From UHGV virus genome UHGV-0171999: 64,000 bases of DNA. One strand, given 5' to 3'. The stretch comes from a virus. The notes under the pieces are model-generated. The model worked only from the letters and a program-made list of their open reading frames with translations, ran no database searches and was not told the DNA's origin. Position 1 is the first letter of the stretch. Each line of letters starts with the position of its first letter. The translations under genes were made by a program, and so were the position numbers. Shown piece after piece: positions 43,229 to 61,658 of this stretch.

Positions 43229-44794
43229 TTAGATACCTTTAACATATACACGGCGGAAGTAAGCGTTTTTACCAAGGCTATTCAGAATAGAAGGCATACC
43301 GCTCTGAATGCGAGAAGCCGGAGCCTGAGCAGCGGATTCTGCAAATGGGTTGATACCGATACCGTAACGAGTTTTGAATCCCATTACTGGTTGGAAGTTC
43401 TTCGGATCGGAACCACGCAGCGGAGTCAGAGCTACATATGGAGCGTAGTAAATACCAGCATCCATTTCGTTCGGACCTTTATAACCTACAGTGAAATAAT
43501 CCTGTTTAGCATACTGGTCGATATATACACGGTATTTACCACCCAGAACACCAGCAAATACCGACTTGGTAGTATCAGTGTTAAAGCCGGTAGCCAGACC
43601 CTGTGCAGCATAAGAAATGCCGGTATCAACTGAAGCCAGAACGTTAACTACGTTACGGGAAGCGATAATGAAGTTACCTTCACCACGACCGGTCTGACGA
43701 GCAATTTCAACTGCTTCTTTGTCAATCTGGAACAACAGAGCTTTAAAGGATTCACCTGCCCAGCGAGCACCACGAATATCGATTGGGTCCTGGAAGTCAA
43801 ATACACCAGCTTTAGAACCCGGAGTCAGGGTCATACCAGATTTACCAACCTGAGCTGAGTAGTTAATCCAATCAACAACTTCACGGTTGATTTCCAGCAT
43901 GATTTCGGTAGCCAGAATACCAGACAGTTCAGCATCAGCATCCATACCGTGAACAGCGCGGAGGTCTTGTGCTAATTCGATAGAGTAAGCAGCTTTCAGC
44001 TGGCGAGATTTAGCTTCGATAACTTGTTTATCGATACGGAAGCCCATTTCATTCCATGGGTTATCGGTAGAACCGTTGAAACTTTCCTGAAGTTCAGCAA
44101 TAGAAGTAGCCATACCTTCAGCGATTTCTACCAGTACACCAGCTTCCATTTGTTTCTTAATTTCAGCATCTAATTTGTCTGCGTCAGATGCGCCTGAATC
44201 AATTTGTTTAGCTGCTGTAGCTTGCAGATATACAGTACCAGTGTCCTGGAAGAAGTGGGTGTAAATAGTTCCAACTTCAAGAGTATCACTTGCTTTCAAA
44301 GCAGCGAATTTCTTAGCAGCACCCTGACCAGAGAACATTGCATCTGGACCATACATTGGGTGGAATGCTTCTTTAGCGCCGGCAGCGATTGGGTCTTTAC
44401 CATATACTGCGCGCAGTGCGAATACCTGACCGGTCGGACTGTTCATCGGCTGAACACCGCAAATATCGAAAGCAATCAGGTTAGGAATAGCACGACGTAC
44501 CATACCCATAACAGCTGGGCCAATCTGAGTTACTGCGCCAGAAGTCTGACCAGCAGCGATGTTAGTAGCATTGTAACCGTGGTCACCACCGATTTCAGCT
44601 TCTGTTAAGAAAGAACCGAACGCCTGAGCGATTTTTTCGTCTTTGTACTCTGGAGCTGTCTGGAAATCTTTTTCCTGGTTTTCAAAGATTTTAGCGATAA
44701 TCGCTTGTTTGCTATTAGCAATTTCCGGTAAACCTTCACCTTCCAGTAATGGCTTCCATTTGTTCAAAAGTTCAGCTTTAGTTTTGATAGTCAT
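43229..44794 (-). CDS. 23: gp23 major capsid protein
   Basis: 521 aa, same as T4 gp23. Confidence 0.95.
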   Translation of the reverse strand: MTIKTKAELLNKWKPLLEGEGLPEIANSKQAIIAKIFENQEKDFQTAPEYKDEKIAQAFGSFLTEAEIGGDHGYNATNIAAGQTSGAVTQIGPAVMGMVRRAIPNLIAFDICGVQPMNSPTGQVFALRAVYGKDPIAAGAKEAFHPMYGPDAMFSGQGAAKKFAALKASDTLEVGTIYTHFFQDTGTVYLQATAAKQIDSGASDADKLDAEIKKQMEAGVLVEIAEGMATSIAELQESFNGSTDNPWNEMGFRIDKQVIEAKSRQLKAAYSIELAQDLRAVHGMDADAELSGILATEIMLEINREVVDWINYSAQVGKSGMTLTPGSKAGVFDFQDPIDIRGARWAGESFKALLFQIDKEAVEIARQTGRGEGNFIIASRNVVNVLASVDTGISYAAQGLATGFNTDTTKSVFAGVLGGKYRVYIDQYAKQDYFTVGYKGPNEMDAGIYYAPYVALTPLRGSDPKNFQPVMGFKTRYGIGINPFAESAAQAPASRIQSGMPSILNSLGKNAYFRRVYVKGI

Positions 44795-44812
44795 TTGTGT
44801 TAACCTTTAAAA

Positions 44813-45622
44813 TTAGAAACGAGATGCGACTTTCGCATATACACTTACAATATCTTCTGCACCAGGTGCAGCTTTATCTTCTACAGCTTCAGTGACGAAA
44901 TTCAGTCCGGCTGCTTCAGTATCAGGAGTATTTATACCCTCAGTAATAGTGCTTTCATCTTTATTAGACTTCTTCACCATTTCTACGATGGCACTCAATT
45001 TATTTGAGAATTCATCTGAATAATCCATACCTTCGACCAGAGCAGAGACTTTTTCTTTTTGAGACTCAGTCAGATCTTTAGTACTTTCGCTCAATGCCAC
45101 TTCACGCTGCACATAATTGATATATGCGTCACGCTTATTGAGTTCTTCGAACAGACGAGCTGATTCTTCTTTATGTTCTTGCAGCTCTTCTTCCATTTCA
45201 GCTACAACATCAACTGATTCTTCTGGAACAACAACGTTGTGTTCAACAAAGAGCTCTTTTAATCCACCAAGCATGGATTCAAACAGTTCGGCTTTGATGC
45301 CTTTATCAACTGCTAATTTATTTTCAGCGAGCCATTCTTTCGCAAGATGGTCGATGAATTTAGAAGCTTGCTCAGCGATTTTCTTCTCAGCTTTTTCTTC
45401 GGCTTCTTCTTTATTTTTTTCTACTTCTTCTTCTGCTTTTTCAGCAATTTTAGCGATATGAGATTCAGCTAATTTAACGGCGTGCTGCTTGACGGTAGCT
45501 TCGAATACAGTGCCGAAAGTTTCTTTTGCTTCCGGAGAAATATTAACTGATTCGAAAATACTATCAAGAGCAACGGAAGCATCAATTTTTTGCGCTTCAG
45601 CAATCAGTTGTTCTTTAAGCAT
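44813..45622 (-). CDS. 22: gp22 prohead core scaffold protein
   Basis: 269 aa; Glu/Lys-rich helical scaffold. Confidence 0.9.
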   Translation of the reverse strand: MLKEQLIAEAQKIDASVALDSIFESVNISPEAKETFGTVFEATVKQHAVKLAESHIAKIAEKAEEEVEKNKEEAEEKAEKKIAEQASKFIDHLAKEWLAENKLAVDKGIKAELFESMLGGLKELFVEHNVVVPEESVDVVAEMEEELQEHKEESARLFEELNKRDAYINYVQREVALSESTKDLTESQKEKVSALVEGMDYSDEFSNKLSAIVEMVKKSNKDESTITEGINTPDTEAAGLNFVTEAVEDKAAPGAEDIVSVYAKVASRF

Positions 45623-45649
45623 TTTGTAGTCCTGTTGTTTAGATAATAA

Positions 45650-45657
45650 TATTTATA
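45650..45657 (-). promoter_or_regulatory. Late promoter TATAAATA for gene 22
   Basis: Exact match 27 nt before the gene 22 ATG, overlapping the gene 21 stop. Confidence 0.5.
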
Positions 45658-46291
45658 ACGCTTTTTTCATGGCCTCTGCGAGAGCCATATAGGCGTCATC
45701 GGCACTTGTATCGGCTTCCGCCGTCTGTGATTCGGTAATTTCCTTAGGAGTTACCCATGCATCTGGAGCACTTGGACCCCATACTGCATCAACACCTACA
45801 GTTAATTTGAATCCTTCGTTTACGATACGATAACCTTTATTTGTGTCAGTCAATGAACCTAATCCACGAGAAGAAACTCCTGGAATCCATCCGGCACGAA
45901 TATTAGCTGCTAATTTATCTCCAGGACCGTGGTCACCTTCAATAACACGAGCTCGTCCGTATACGTCATTTCCTTTCCACCACATATCTTCTATAATGAT
46001 AGCGGCTTGCATCGGGTCAACATTAGCGCGTGGAGGATGATTTAATTCTCCGAGAGCTTGTTTAGTTAAAACTTGCTCATTGATATAGTCTTTTACCGCT
46101 TTTTCTAATATGCGTTTTGGATAAAGACGTTTATTTCTATTGACGACTTCCGCTTGCATGAATATTCCTTCGATGTATAAACCCGGTTTTAAACCTAAGT
46201 CTTTTCCATCATGGGATTCAAGCATTGGCACACCATCAATAATTTCGCCAGGTTGACCCCAAGTTTCAATTAGTAATTGGGGTTCATTCAT
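45653..46291 (-). CDS. 21: gp21 prohead protease
   Basis: 212 aa, same as T4 gp21. Confidence 0.9.
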   Translation of the reverse strand: MNEPQLLIETWGQPGEIIDGVPMLESHDGKDLGLKPGLYIEGIFMQAEVVNRNKRLYPKRILEKAVKDYINEQVLTKQALGELNHPPRANVDPMQAAIIIEDMWWKGNDVYGRARVIEGDHGPGDKLAANIRAGWIPGVSSRGLGSLTDTNKGYRIVNEGFKLTVGVDAVWGPSAPDAWVTPKEITESQTAEADTSADDAYMALAEAMKKAL

Positions 46292-46716
46292 TAGCTTAAT
46301 CCTAATGCTTTACGGCGTTTAAGAGCTTTTTTACGCTTACGCTGAGCACGAGATTGACCTGCTGGATTGGCAATCTTCGTTTTGGTAGCTTTGCGAGCAA
46401 TTTGTCTACGTTTTGCTTTAGACAGCCCGGTGGTTTGAAATGCATTACGTTCACGCGTCTTGCGGTCTTTAGTACGTGTAATTTCACCACGGGCAGAAAC
46501 ATGTTTAACGATGAATTCATTTAGCGGCATATCTTCATTAATAGAAGCTAATGCAATCGCTAAATCAGTTTCATCATCAAGCATATTCTCGACAATTGTA
46601 TTTATATCGTCTTTATTTAAAGCAGAAGACAATTCGTCGAAGCGACCCTGTGCTTCAGGAATAAGTGCTTCGACATTCTCGAGAACTAATTCATGAGTTT
46701 CAGGGATCAGAAGCAT
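46291..46716 (-). CDS. 68: gp68 prohead core protein
   Basis: 141 aa; position between 67 and 21. Confidence 0.8.
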   Translation of the reverse strand: MLLIPETHELVLENVEALIPEAQGRFDELSSALNKDDINTIVENMLDDETDLAIALASINEDMPLNEFIVKHVSARGEITRTKDRKTRERNAFQTTGLSKAKRRQIARKATKTKIANPAGQSRAQRKRKKALKRRKALGLS

Positions 46717-46960
46717 TATTCATCATCCTCGTCTTCGTCATCTTCGTCAGAGTCTTTGTCTTTTTTGTCGTCTTTATCATCACTATCTTCGTCTTCATCA
46801 TCTTCGTCTTCAGGTTCTTCACCTTCGATTAAGAAATTACGAGCGATAGCGATTTTTTCTTCTTTAATTAAATCAATCGTTCTTGCAGCCATGGCTTCAG
46901 CAAATAATTTACGAGCGGCTACGAGGTCGTTTGATTTAATAGCTTCAATTAAACCTTCCA

Positions 46961-46961
<1 letters not shown>
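46716..46961 (-). CDS. 67: gp67 prohead core protein
   Basis: 81 aa with highly acidic C-terminal half. Confidence 0.8.
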
Positions 46962-48586
<1,625 letters not shown>

Positions 48587-48618
48587 TTAAGCAGGATGGG
48601 GATTTCTCCCCATTCATT

Positions 48619-49110
48619 TTATTCCCAATAATCGAGAGCGAGAGTTACTTCAAAGGTTTGGATTTCATTGTTTGAATCCCAATCTAATTGAAGTTCACCC
48701 ACGTTAGTAGGCCACAAACCTTTAATTTCGACTTCTTTTGTTACAGTTTTAGCGTCACGAGCATATTGGCGAACAACAGCACTCTTTTTATACTCTGCTG
48801 GTTTTCCACCAGTAATTTCGTTTCCTTGTCCAGCAGCAATGCTTTGCCAGTCAACAAACTTCTGGCGTGCATCATGCGCCTCATCATTCATTACTGTAAT
48901 AGTCCAGTCATCGAATGTACGATCGCCTGCTACGTTAATTTTACGGTTCATAAACCCGACTGGAATTTTTTCTACAATACCAGCTGGTAAAGCAGTGGCT
49001 TTGCATTGAAACGTAAAATTTTGTCCAAGATAAGAAATTTCTACTTGGAATAAGTTAGGTCGAGCAAAATCACCAGATTCAAACGCTCGTGTTACATCAT
49101 CTACAAACAT
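48619..49110 (-). CDS. 19: gp19 tail tube protein
   Basis: 163 aa, same as T4 gp19. Confidence 0.9.
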   Translation of the reverse strand: MFVDDVTRAFESGDFARPNLFQVEISYLGQNFTFQCKATALPAGIVEKIPVGFMNRKINVAGDRTFDDWTITVMNDEAHDARQKFVDWQSIAAGQGNEITGGKPAEYKKSAVVRQYARDAKTVTKEVEIKGLWPTNVGELQLDWDSNNEIQTFEVTLALDYWE

Positions 49111-49124
49111 ATTAGCCTCTGTAG

Positions 49125-49132
49125 TATTTATA
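49125..49132 (-). promoter_or_regulatory. Late promoter TATAAATA for gene 19
   Basis: Exact match 14 nt before the gene 19 ATG; a second TATAAATA lies at 49184-49191. Confidence 0.5.
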
Positions 49133-49192
49133 TCCCTATGTTTAACCTAGGGCATATAGAATTAAAGAATTAAGGATATAGTGTATTTATAT

Positions 49193-49210
49193 GGCCTGCC
49201 GAAACAGGCC
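49193..49210 (-). promoter_or_regulatory. Stem-loop after gene 18 (RNA stability or weak terminator)
   Basis: GGCCTG-CCGAAA-CAGGCC. Confidence 0.45.
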
Positions 49211-49226
49211 TTTAGAATGCACCGTA

Positions 49227-51206
49227 TTAACCTGCAAGACCAGTTAACTCATCGAAATCTGCACCAGTAGCAGTTGCTACGAAGTTCAAGGTAATGTAGT
49301 TAATGCTTCTAGCCGGTTGGATGTAGAATGTTGCAACAAACTCATTTCTATCAATTACTGACGGAGTGTTATTTGTTGTATCGCAAACTACACGATATTC
49401 ATAAATTCCACCGAGAGCTTTAATTCCCTGCAAGTACTGGGCAGTTTCTGTGCGGAATGATGAACGAGTAAACGCGTTGTTTAATTCGAATAAACGATAT
49501 TTTGAACTGCGTCCGATATTCGTTTTTAACATATTAAACAGACGACGAACGTTAATACGATCAAATGGAGAAGGAACAGAAGTAGCTGTTTTATCACCAT
49601 ACAATACGTAACCATCACCACCTGTACCAGTTACTGGGTTGATAGCTTCTTGGTATAAACGGTCGCGCTGCGCCTGGCGAGTTTCAATAGCAAGTTTAAT
49701 AACGTTAAGAATCTGGCCACGATTATAACCAGCTGGAGACATCCAAGTATGAGAAACGTTATCAGTTCTTGCGCATAAACCAGCAATATCAGCTGCTAAT
49801 GGAACCCAACGATTCACATCATTATATTTGTCATACTGATACTTGTAGTTACCATCAATTGCTGCGTAGGTTGAACTGATATTAAAGTTATTATCAGTGT
49901 ATGAACCTGATGCGGTTCTCCAATTGACTAAGTTGTCAACAGCACGAGTTACAGGAATTCCAACTACAGTTTCACGCGGTGGTGAGCACAATACTAAGCA
50001 ATCCTGGCGAGCATCCCCAATTGAAACGACGTGTTTTTGGACAGTAGATGCTGTTTCTAAAGATTCGCCGGCACAAGAACCCGCAATAAACAACTGAACA
50101 TCAACAGATTCACGGTCAGCAAAGAAGTCCCAAGCTTCCATCAAATCTCCTGCTGTTACTTCAGCATTTGATGATAATCCACCAGACAGAGTTAAAATTC
50201 CAGAGAAGCCTTCTGGCCAGTTTTGTGCAGTTGCGAAAATATATTCTGAACCGCCTTTTGCGAAAAAGTCATCAATATAGATGTTACTATCGTAAATATC
50301 TTTTTCACCACGCTTTGTTGAAAGAACAACGCTTTGAACAATAGCATCATTGCGACGAACTATAATAGCGTATTGTGAATCAGTTTGTGGTCCATATCCA
50401 AACACTGCTTTGGCAGTAGATGCGCGTGTTCCGCCACCTGGATAAATTGGGAGTAATGCAGAAGCCCCTTTTGTGTAGTCAGCTTTAGATACGATTTCAA
50501 TTTCAATTTTATCGCCCAACTCACCTGGATAAAGAGCTACTACTCCTGGAATTCCATATTTTTCGAGATTTGTTTGAAATTCAACAGCTGTCATAGCAGC
50601 TTCGGCATTTTCAATTTCAGCTAATAAAATACCAGAATCAGTAATAATTTTTCCAAGAGTTATTACTGCAGCTAAACCAGAGGAAGACGAAGAAATTTCC
50701 GCGGTCCAGTTAGAACCTAATTCTGGATATTCGCCTACTTCTTTCGCTTTAGCGATAATTTTTGCAGTAGGAATATTAATTTTCTTAATTTTTCCATCAG
50801 CATCTACTTCGGTAACTTTACATTCTGTTTCAATGTCTTCTGAAACATACTTAACCGTGATTTTATCTCCAACCGCGTAGTTACTACCTGGGGTAGAAAT
50901 AGTGTATTCAATATTACCGGCAATTGGAGATGAGTTTTTAGCGGTATCTCTATCGACAGCACGCACAACTCGCAAATCATTTCCGTATTGTAAGAAATTC
51001 ATTGCAGACATAAAATAGTCAGCAGTTTCAGCTGTAGGTTGACCAAAAGTATTAACTAAATCTACTTCGTTTGTAACCTGTTTAATTTGAAAAGCAGGAC
51101 CCCACTGGAATTTACCGGCCAGAGCTGCTGTACCAGTAGAGTTATTAACCACGGTGCTTTGAACCGTAGTTTCTTTGAGCTCAATGCCCGGAGATAATAA
51201 AGTCAT
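49227..51206 (-). CDS. 18: gp18 tail sheath protein
   Basis: 659 aa, same as T4 gp18. Confidence 0.95.
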   Translation of the reverse strand: MTLLSPGIELKETTVQSTVVNNSTGTAALAGKFQWGPAFQIKQVTNEVDLVNTFGQPTAETADYFMSAMNFLQYGNDLRVVRAVDRDTAKNSSPIAGNIEYTISTPGSNYAVGDKITVKYVSEDIETECKVTEVDADGKIKKINIPTAKIIAKAKEVGEYPELGSNWTAEISSSSSGLAAVITLGKIITDSGILLAEIENAEAAMTAVEFQTNLEKYGIPGVVALYPGELGDKIEIEIVSKADYTKGASALLPIYPGGGTRASTAKAVFGYGPQTDSQYAIIVRRNDAIVQSVVLSTKRGEKDIYDSNIYIDDFFAKGGSEYIFATAQNWPEGFSGILTLSGGLSSNAEVTAGDLMEAWDFFADRESVDVQLFIAGSCAGESLETASTVQKHVVSIGDARQDCLVLCSPPRETVVGIPVTRAVDNLVNWRTASGSYTDNNFNISSTYAAIDGNYKYQYDKYNDVNRWVPLAADIAGLCARTDNVSHTWMSPAGYNRGQILNVIKLAIETRQAQRDRLYQEAINPVTGTGGDGYVLYGDKTATSVPSPFDRINVRRLFNMLKTNIGRSSKYRLFELNNAFTRSSFRTETAQYLQGIKALGGIYEYRVVCDTTNNTPSVIDRNEFVATFYIQPARSINYITLNFVATATGADFDELTGLAG

Positions 51207-51234
51207 TTTTAATCCTCTTTAATATGCTTTAATA

Positions 51235-54375
<3,141 letters not shown>

Positions 54376-54416
54376 GATTTCTCCTAATCTGGGCTTTAAT
54401 TAGTTTATAATATTTA

Positions 54417-56118
<1,702 letters not shown>

Positions 56119-56131
56119 TTAAAAATCCTTT

Positions 56132-56147
56132 GGGGCCTTGCGGCCCC
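56132..56147 (-). promoter_or_regulatory. Stem-loop between wac and gene 13, just upstream of the gene 13 ribosome-binding site
   Basis: GGGGCC-TTGC-GGCCCC (GCAA loop on the transcript). Confidence 0.5.
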
Positions 56148-56150
56148 ATG

Positions 56151-57614
56151 TTATGCTGGTGATAAAAAGGTAGAAAGTAATACCCATTCGCCGTCTTTAC
56201 GAACGTAAGCTTGACCATCTTTCGGAGCTTCAGGAATATAACCTGCTTCTTGTAGAGCTTGAACATCACCTTGCAGAGAAGATATACTACCTTTGGCTGT
56301 ATTCACTTCTTGTGTAACTGATGCGATGTTAGTTTCGTTAGCTTTTATTGAATTGGTTAATCCGCGTTCTTCGACTGTTGAACCATTTGGATTAGTTCCA
56401 TTTACTAAAGTATTTAAAGCTACAACTTGCCCTTTAATTCCTGTGCTGTTATTCCCAATCTCTACTTGCAGGTTTTGAACATCGTTATTCAAGCCTGAAA
56501 CAGAAGTTTCAATTGTAGAAACTCGGTTTAAAAGAGACCCAGGAGGAGACGGTTGTCCACCGCTAGAATCAGTTCCAACAATTTGGTTTAACCATGAAAC
56601 ATTCGCTCTTAAACCAGATGAAGTGTTTTCACCGACGATTCCATTTAGAACTTCGATTGAAGTTGTATTATCTTTAATTTGTCCTTTAATACTCGAAGGA
56701 ATATCATCTGAACCGATAGAAGTTTCTATAGCGGTTAAACGCTGTTTAATACCTCCACTTTGATTTAGCTCTAAATTAATAGATGCAATATTATCAGTGT
56801 TTGTATTAACACTCGTAATAATCGAATTATTTCCTGGATATCCTATTGAGGTCTTAATAGCACTAATGTCAGACTCAACTGTTGTCTGTTTAGTGTCAAT
56901 TTCATTTAAACGACTATAAACAGTTTGAGAAAATGACGGCGGTTTCGGTCCAAGCTCTTCACGAAGATTGCCAACTTCAATAGTCAAAGAACCTACATCA
57001 GATTCAATAAATTTTGTTTCTAATTCGCTTAAACGTATTCCCTGTGAAGTAATGACATCAGTATTATTAATAATACGATGCTTCATTCCAGTACTAGGAT
57101 TTCCTACAACAGGAAGACCATTAATATCTTGACCCGTGTATTGACCTAATTCACGTTTAATCCACAGTAAATCATTTCTGATCGTTCTATATACAGAGTT
57201 GGCCTCAGAGTTAAATGGACCAATATCAGCAAGAATGCTGTCAACCGTACTATTAGTTCCATTTAATATTTCTGTATGTTCACTGGTTAGCGTTTTAAGG
57301 TCAGAAATATCCTTTTTATTGATACTTATTTGAGCCAAAGCTTCAATATCACCAGATACATCTAAGATGCCCTGAATTGTTTTAATATCACTATTTGCGG
57401 TTTCTAAAGATGTTTTAAGTATTCCAATGTTTTTATCGAGAACTTCAACATTTCTTAGTACAGAAACTGTAGGTCTATTCATTGAACCTTCACTTCCATA
57501 CTGTGTGTCAGCTCCTAAAATTTCTTCGCCGTTTTTAATCCAGGAAATGCGGCTCTGGCCCTCTGCAGGAGGGCCGTCAACGAATGGTAAGTCATTCAGT
57601 ACAATATCTGTCAT
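56151..57614 (-). CDS. wac: fibritin (whisker antigen control)
   Basis: 487 aa, same as T4 fibritin; heptad-rich with C-terminal foldon-like [27 protein letters not shown]. Confidence 0.9.
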   Translation of the reverse strand: MTDIVLNDLPFVDGPPAEGQSRISWIKNGEEILGADTQYGSEGSMNRPTVSVLRNVEVLDKNIGILKTSLETANSDIKTIQGILDVSGDIEALAQISINKKDISDLKTLTSEHTEILNGTNSTVDSILADIGPFNSEANSVYRTIRNDLLWIKRELGQYTGQDINGLPVVGNPSTGMKHRIINNTDVITSQGIRLSELETKFIESDVGSLTIEVGNLREELGPKPPSFSQTVYSRLNEIDTKQTTVESDISAIKTSIGYPGNNSIITSVNTNTDNIASINLELNQSGGIKQRLTAIETSIGSDDIPSSIKGQIKDNTTSIEVLNGIVGENTSSGLRANVSWLNQIVGTDSSGGQPSPPGSLLNRVSTIETSVSGLNNDVQNLQVEIGNNSTGIKGQVVALNTLVNGTNPNGSTVEERGLTNSIKANETNIASVTQEVNTAKGSISSLQGDVQALQEAGYIPEAPKDGQAYVRKDGEWVLLSTFLSPA

Positions 57615-59194
57615 TCTTTTACCTTAATTATGTAGTTTAAAGAAATGTTCCATGGACGTGTTTCATTTCCAATTAATTCAGGACGATTTAATGTATATCT
57701 GGAATTTCGTTGTGATGCTGGGTCAATTTCATACCCGTCATTAGTGAAGTATGAACGGTTATCCCAGTCAAGTCCTTTACGTGTACCAACAAAATTTGAT
57801 CTACGAGTATTACCGAATGCCCCAGAATCATCCCATTCACCAAATCCGCCAGCATGTTTATGATAAGACATCTGCTGTTTTTGCACTTCGCCAACATATC
57901 CACCGGTACAACCTACACCTAATCTAGGCTTACCAAATTGGTCATTACCATTAACGTTTGGATTTGTTAAGTGAGAGCCACGACCAGAGCCACGAACAAA
58001 AAGACCACGCATATCAGGTAATCCAGGATTTGATGAGCTTCCGCCGTATCTTGTTCCAATTCTAGAAGCATACAATGGACAATCTGATGCTGAAACAGTT
58101 CCGCCATGACAGAAGCGCCAAGCATCACTAGGAAGGCTATCAGCCGCCCACATCATAATAGCTCCGACAGGAATAGTTCTATCTATTTCATTCTGCGTTA
58201 CAACACGCTTACCTTGAATATAACCACCGGTCATGTTAACTGTTCCGGTAATATTTGCTCCGCCTGAAGCTATTGTGAGCGTATTATTAATGCGAAGTGT
58301 TCCATTAATCGTTTGACCACCTCTTTGGTGGATAACGTCAGCATTCCAAGCTAGTGCTGATGAAGCATCACCTCCGCTCTGTGAACCGGCAGTTGTAGTT
58401 AATTTAACTACGCCTCTCATTGACGTTGTAGAACCACGACCATTAAGAGTTGCGCCAGTAACCGCAACAGAAGCATTATTTGAGTTAACTTCTGATTGCG
58501 TTCCTAATTTAATTACACCCTTATATTCTTCGGTAGCAGTAGAATTCATAAACGTATAAGGAGAAATTGCATAGCCTTCTCTTAAAGTTCCTTGACGAAC
58601 TTGAGCTACTGTCGCTAATTGAACAACACCTTGGGCCGATTCGGTAGCTGTGGTTTCAGAAGGAGCAATTTGTGCAATTAATTTAATAGCTAACTGTTGT
58701 GTTTTTAATGGAGTCATTGCAGTAGTATCATCAGCACCTGCCAGTGCTTGCGGTAGAGATGAAATTTTAATAACTCCATTTGATGATTCAGTTGAAACAC
58801 GGGTTTCAAAGGCGTTATTAAGGGCAACAGTAAATTTAGCAGGAGTTATAGAAGATTCATTATTAACTCCGGCAATCGCTTCATCATTGGTTGAATATCT
58901 TGTTAATCCGTAAACAGTTTCAGTTGCGTTTGGATAAGATAATCTTGTTGCTAACGTTGCTGGTGTAACTGCTTTGGTATTATCAGTTCCGTCGATAACT
59001 TCCTGTTCAGTGGCAAGAAATAAAATTCCCTTTGTTGTTGATGATGCGTCAGGAACTCCATTTACACCAGCAGGAGAAATGGCTGCTATAGCAGCCTGAA
59101 CATCAGTAATCTCTGCTGGAAAATTTGTACCAGTTGGATCAAATTTTACATAGCGAGATTCATTAGAAACGTGTTGATATGTATTATTACTCAT
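57611..59194 (-). CDS. 12: gp12 short tail fibre
   Basis: 527 aa, same as T4 gp12. Confidence 0.9.
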   Translation of the reverse strand: MSNNTYQHVSNESRYVKFDPTGTNFPAEITDVQAAIAAISPAGVNGVPDASSTTKGILFLATEQEVIDGTDNTKAVTPATLATRLSYPNATETVYGLTRYSTNDEAIAGVNNESSITPAKFTVALNNAFETRVSTESSNGVIKISSLPQALAGADDTTAMTPLKTQQLAIKLIAQIAPSETTATESAQGVVQLATVAQVRQGTLREGYAISPYTFMNSTATEEYKGVIKLGTQSEVNSNNASVAVTGATLNGRGSTTSMRGVVKLTTTAGSQSGGDASSALAWNADVIHQRGGQTINGTLRINNTLTIASGGANITGTVNMTGGYIQGKRVVTQNEIDRTIPVGAIMMWAADSLPSDAWRFCHGGTVSASDCPLYASRIGTRYGGSSSNPGLPDMRGLFVRGSGRGSHLTNPNVNGNDQFGKPRLGVGCTGGYVGEVQKQQMSYHKHAGGFGEWDDSGAFGNTRRSNFVGTRKGLDWDNRSYFTNDGYEIDPASQRNSRYTLNRPELIGNETRPWNISLNYIIKVKE

Positions 59195-59850
59195 GCTGTT
59201 CTCTCAAAATGATAAAGTACTATTGGAGTTTGCTGATTATCTAAAGTTACAGTTTGTGCACCAAGCAAATTCCATGTGCCATATCCAGGCTTAGATTCGG
59301 AAATAATTTCTTGGGAAATAGTTATTCCATATGTAGAATATGTGCTTAATACATGTTTCTGATTATCTAAATAAGTAACTTCTAATTTACTACCGTCAGT
59401 TGGATGGTCTTTATATGAATTGATAGCAGTAAATGACGCAATAGCTTCTTGCAAGGCAACACGAACTTTGGCGACAAACTCAATAGCTGTCATTCCAGTT
59501 GTTGCTGAAACTGGAAGACCAAATACTAATACAGTAACAGGAGAACCAGGAGGAAGCGAATCATCTGTTACAGTTCCCGAAAATGCCCAATAATCAGTTT
59601 GAGAAACACCCTCAGGAGAAACACCAGTTTTATTAGTAATAATTGTACCAACGTCTTTTATAGAAAAATTATGAACATCATTAATAGCTGATTCTACGTT
59701 TGGTTCATAAAATCCTTTCGCTAATTGAGAAATTGTCACTGACCCAACCGATTGACGATTCATTACATCGATGTCGCCAGTTTTAGGTCTAAAACCAAGA
59801 AAATCGGCTAAGCGGGAAATAACTCCCGCTTTATTATTAAGTAAACTCAT
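59191..59850 (-). CDS. 11: gp11 baseplate wedge / short-fibre attachment protein
   Basis: 219 aa from ATG at 59850 (MSLLNNKAG), which overlaps the gene 10 stop; track start 59868 lies inside gene 10. Confidence 0.9.
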   Translation of the reverse strand: MSLLNNKAGVISRLADFLGFRPKTGDIDVMNRQSVGSVTISQLAKGFYEPNVESAINDVHNFSIKDVGTIITNKTGVSPEGVSQTDYWAFSGTVTDDSLPPGSPVTVLVFGLPVSATTGMTAIEFVAKVRVALQEAIASFTAINSYKDHPTDGSKLEVTYLDNQKHVLSTYSTYGITISQEIISESKPGYGTWNLLGAQTVTLDNQQTPIVLYHFERTA

Positions 59851-61658
59851 TATGCAATCCTTATCCAACGATAAACTGTAATATATGGTTGAATGTTAGT
59901 TATTGATGTTGGCGGAGTGTGAGTAGAGTTAGTAGATGCTTTAGCTTCACGGTATTTCGTGTAAACTGGACCAGATTCATCTGGATCGTATTGACATCCA
60001 CCAACAATGACTGATCCATTTTCATCAACTATTAGAACTTCTTCATCCGTTTCAGTTGCAGGAAGATTAGCATTTTCCAATGTAACAGAAGTAGAACCAC
60101 CTGTTCCACCTGCAGTATGTGAAGGATTTCCACCCGAATCTAAATCGTTGTTATTTAGAGCAAAGTTAGGGTCCGAAATATCTTCATTCCATCCAACTAA
60201 AACTTTTCCTTGCCCAAATAATTTCCATGAGCCGAATCCCATATATGTAACAGGGTTATTTGGATTAACAGCGTTTTCATATATAGTTCCAATAGGATAA
60301 ATCGTATCAAAGATATTTGAAACAGCATTAAATTCGCGTTGATAGGATTGAACTGCTTCTACATTTGGCCAACCAATTTTATCGAAGTCTGTTAAATTTA
60401 CATCACCGGAAATATCTACTCCTGGTCCTTGCGATACATAAAGATTATCAGTTTCATCAATAATCTCATCTTTTGTTAATAATGTACCTAAATCATTATT
60501 AAACCAGGTGATATTGATAATGTCACCATGCTCAAATACTCTATCGAAATGTAAAATTTCCGGTATGCCGTTTTCATCAGTTTCAACTGAATAATCGGTA
60601 TGAGACTGTTCCCAAGTTCCACCTAGAACAGCGCATTCTACTTCATCGTCTGAATCAGCACCAACACAATGAAATAATGGCATTCCAACTGTTCCAGCCA
60701 ATTCTTGTAAAATTCCATTAAAACGAACCTCAAGAGAATTAGGATTAATAGGTTCACCTGGAATTAATCCAAAAGCTGAAAATGGAATTGATTTCATTGT
60801 TGATAAATCAGTAACGTAAATGCTTCCTTCTAAAGAAGTTTTTGACGTTAATTTTGAATCTAACAGTCTAATTTGGCGTCTTGTATATGAACTTCTCCAT
60901 TGTGATACACCATCCATAAATGTTTCAATTTGAACAGTGTCACCAATATTACAAGGCTGTCTTAATCGAATATTAAATCCATCAAGAGGAACCAGTTCTC
61001 CTTCATTTTCGCCCGGAGAGCCAAAATCACTGTTTTCACTAAATACATCGCCATAATACAATTCGTTACCACGATGTTTTACTCTGATGTTATTTACATT
61101 ATAACTAGTTCCACGGAAAACATCTAAAAAGTCAGTTTGTCCTTGGACTTCGACTAAAAATTCTTTACGAGCTACATTACTAATGTCTGAACTGGTAATT
61201 TTGTCAATTTGCTTATTTTTGACATATTCCCAACGTCCTGGGGCGCAATACACTAATTCCAAATCGCTGAATTGAACATTAATTTCAACTGGTACTGCAG
61301 ACCCTTTAATCGTATCGCCAGAAGCAGCTACTAGTGTAACTGGGTTGACGTTCCATGTAGCGAATACGTCTCTAGCTCTAATTACCTTGTTGTAATCATT
61401 GACAGTTCCTTTTGGAAGATTTATAGTCACTCTTCCAGAAGAGGTATTAATAGCGTATGATTTTCCCCATTCGGCTTTTAGTGTTTGACCAGATGAAGCA
61501 TCATAAGTTTTCCAGGCACCGGCTGAATATGGAACATCTCCATCACCAAGCTCATAATAAAGCTCATCAAAGTTTTCATTTATTTTTATACCACCTTTAC
61601 GCAGGTAGTCACCGGTACCATCATCAACAACATTACCGATATTAATATTTTGTTTCAT
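59850..61658 (-). CDS. 10: gp10 baseplate wedge protein
   Basis: 602 aa, same as T4 gp10. Confidence 0.9.
   Translation of the reverse strand: MKQNINIGNVVDDGTGDYLRKGGIKINENFDELYYELGDGDVPYSAGAWKTYDASSGQTLKAEWGKSYAINTSSGRVTINLPKGTVNDYNKVIRARDVFATWNVNPVTLVAASGDTIKGSAVPVEINVQFSDLELVYCAPGRWEYVKNKQIDKITSSDISNVARKEFLVEVQGQTDFLDVFRGTSYNVNNIRVKHRGNELYYGDVFSENSDFGSPGENEGELVPLDGFNIRLRQPCNIGDTVQIETFMDGVSQWRSSYTRRQIRLLDSKLTSKTSLEGSIYVTDLSTMKSIPFSAFGLIPGEPINPNSLEVRFNGILQELAGTVGMPLFHCVGADSDDEVECAVLGGTWEQSHTDYSVETDENGIPEILHFDRVFEHGDIINITWFNNDLGTLLTKDEIIDETDNLYVSQGPGVDISGDVNLTDFDKIGWPNVEAVQSYQREFNAVSNIFDTIYPIGTIYENAVNPNNPVTYMGFGSWKLFGQGKVLVGWNEDISDPNFALNNNDLDSGGNPSHTAGGTGGSTSVTLENANLPATETDEEVLIVDENGSVIVGGCQYDPDESGPVYTKYREAKASTNSTHTPPTSITNIQPYITVYRWIRIA

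Noticed and set aside
61457-61645. His-rich 62-aa plus-strand ORF inside gene 10
   Set aside because: Antisense shadow frame within a full-length structural gene.
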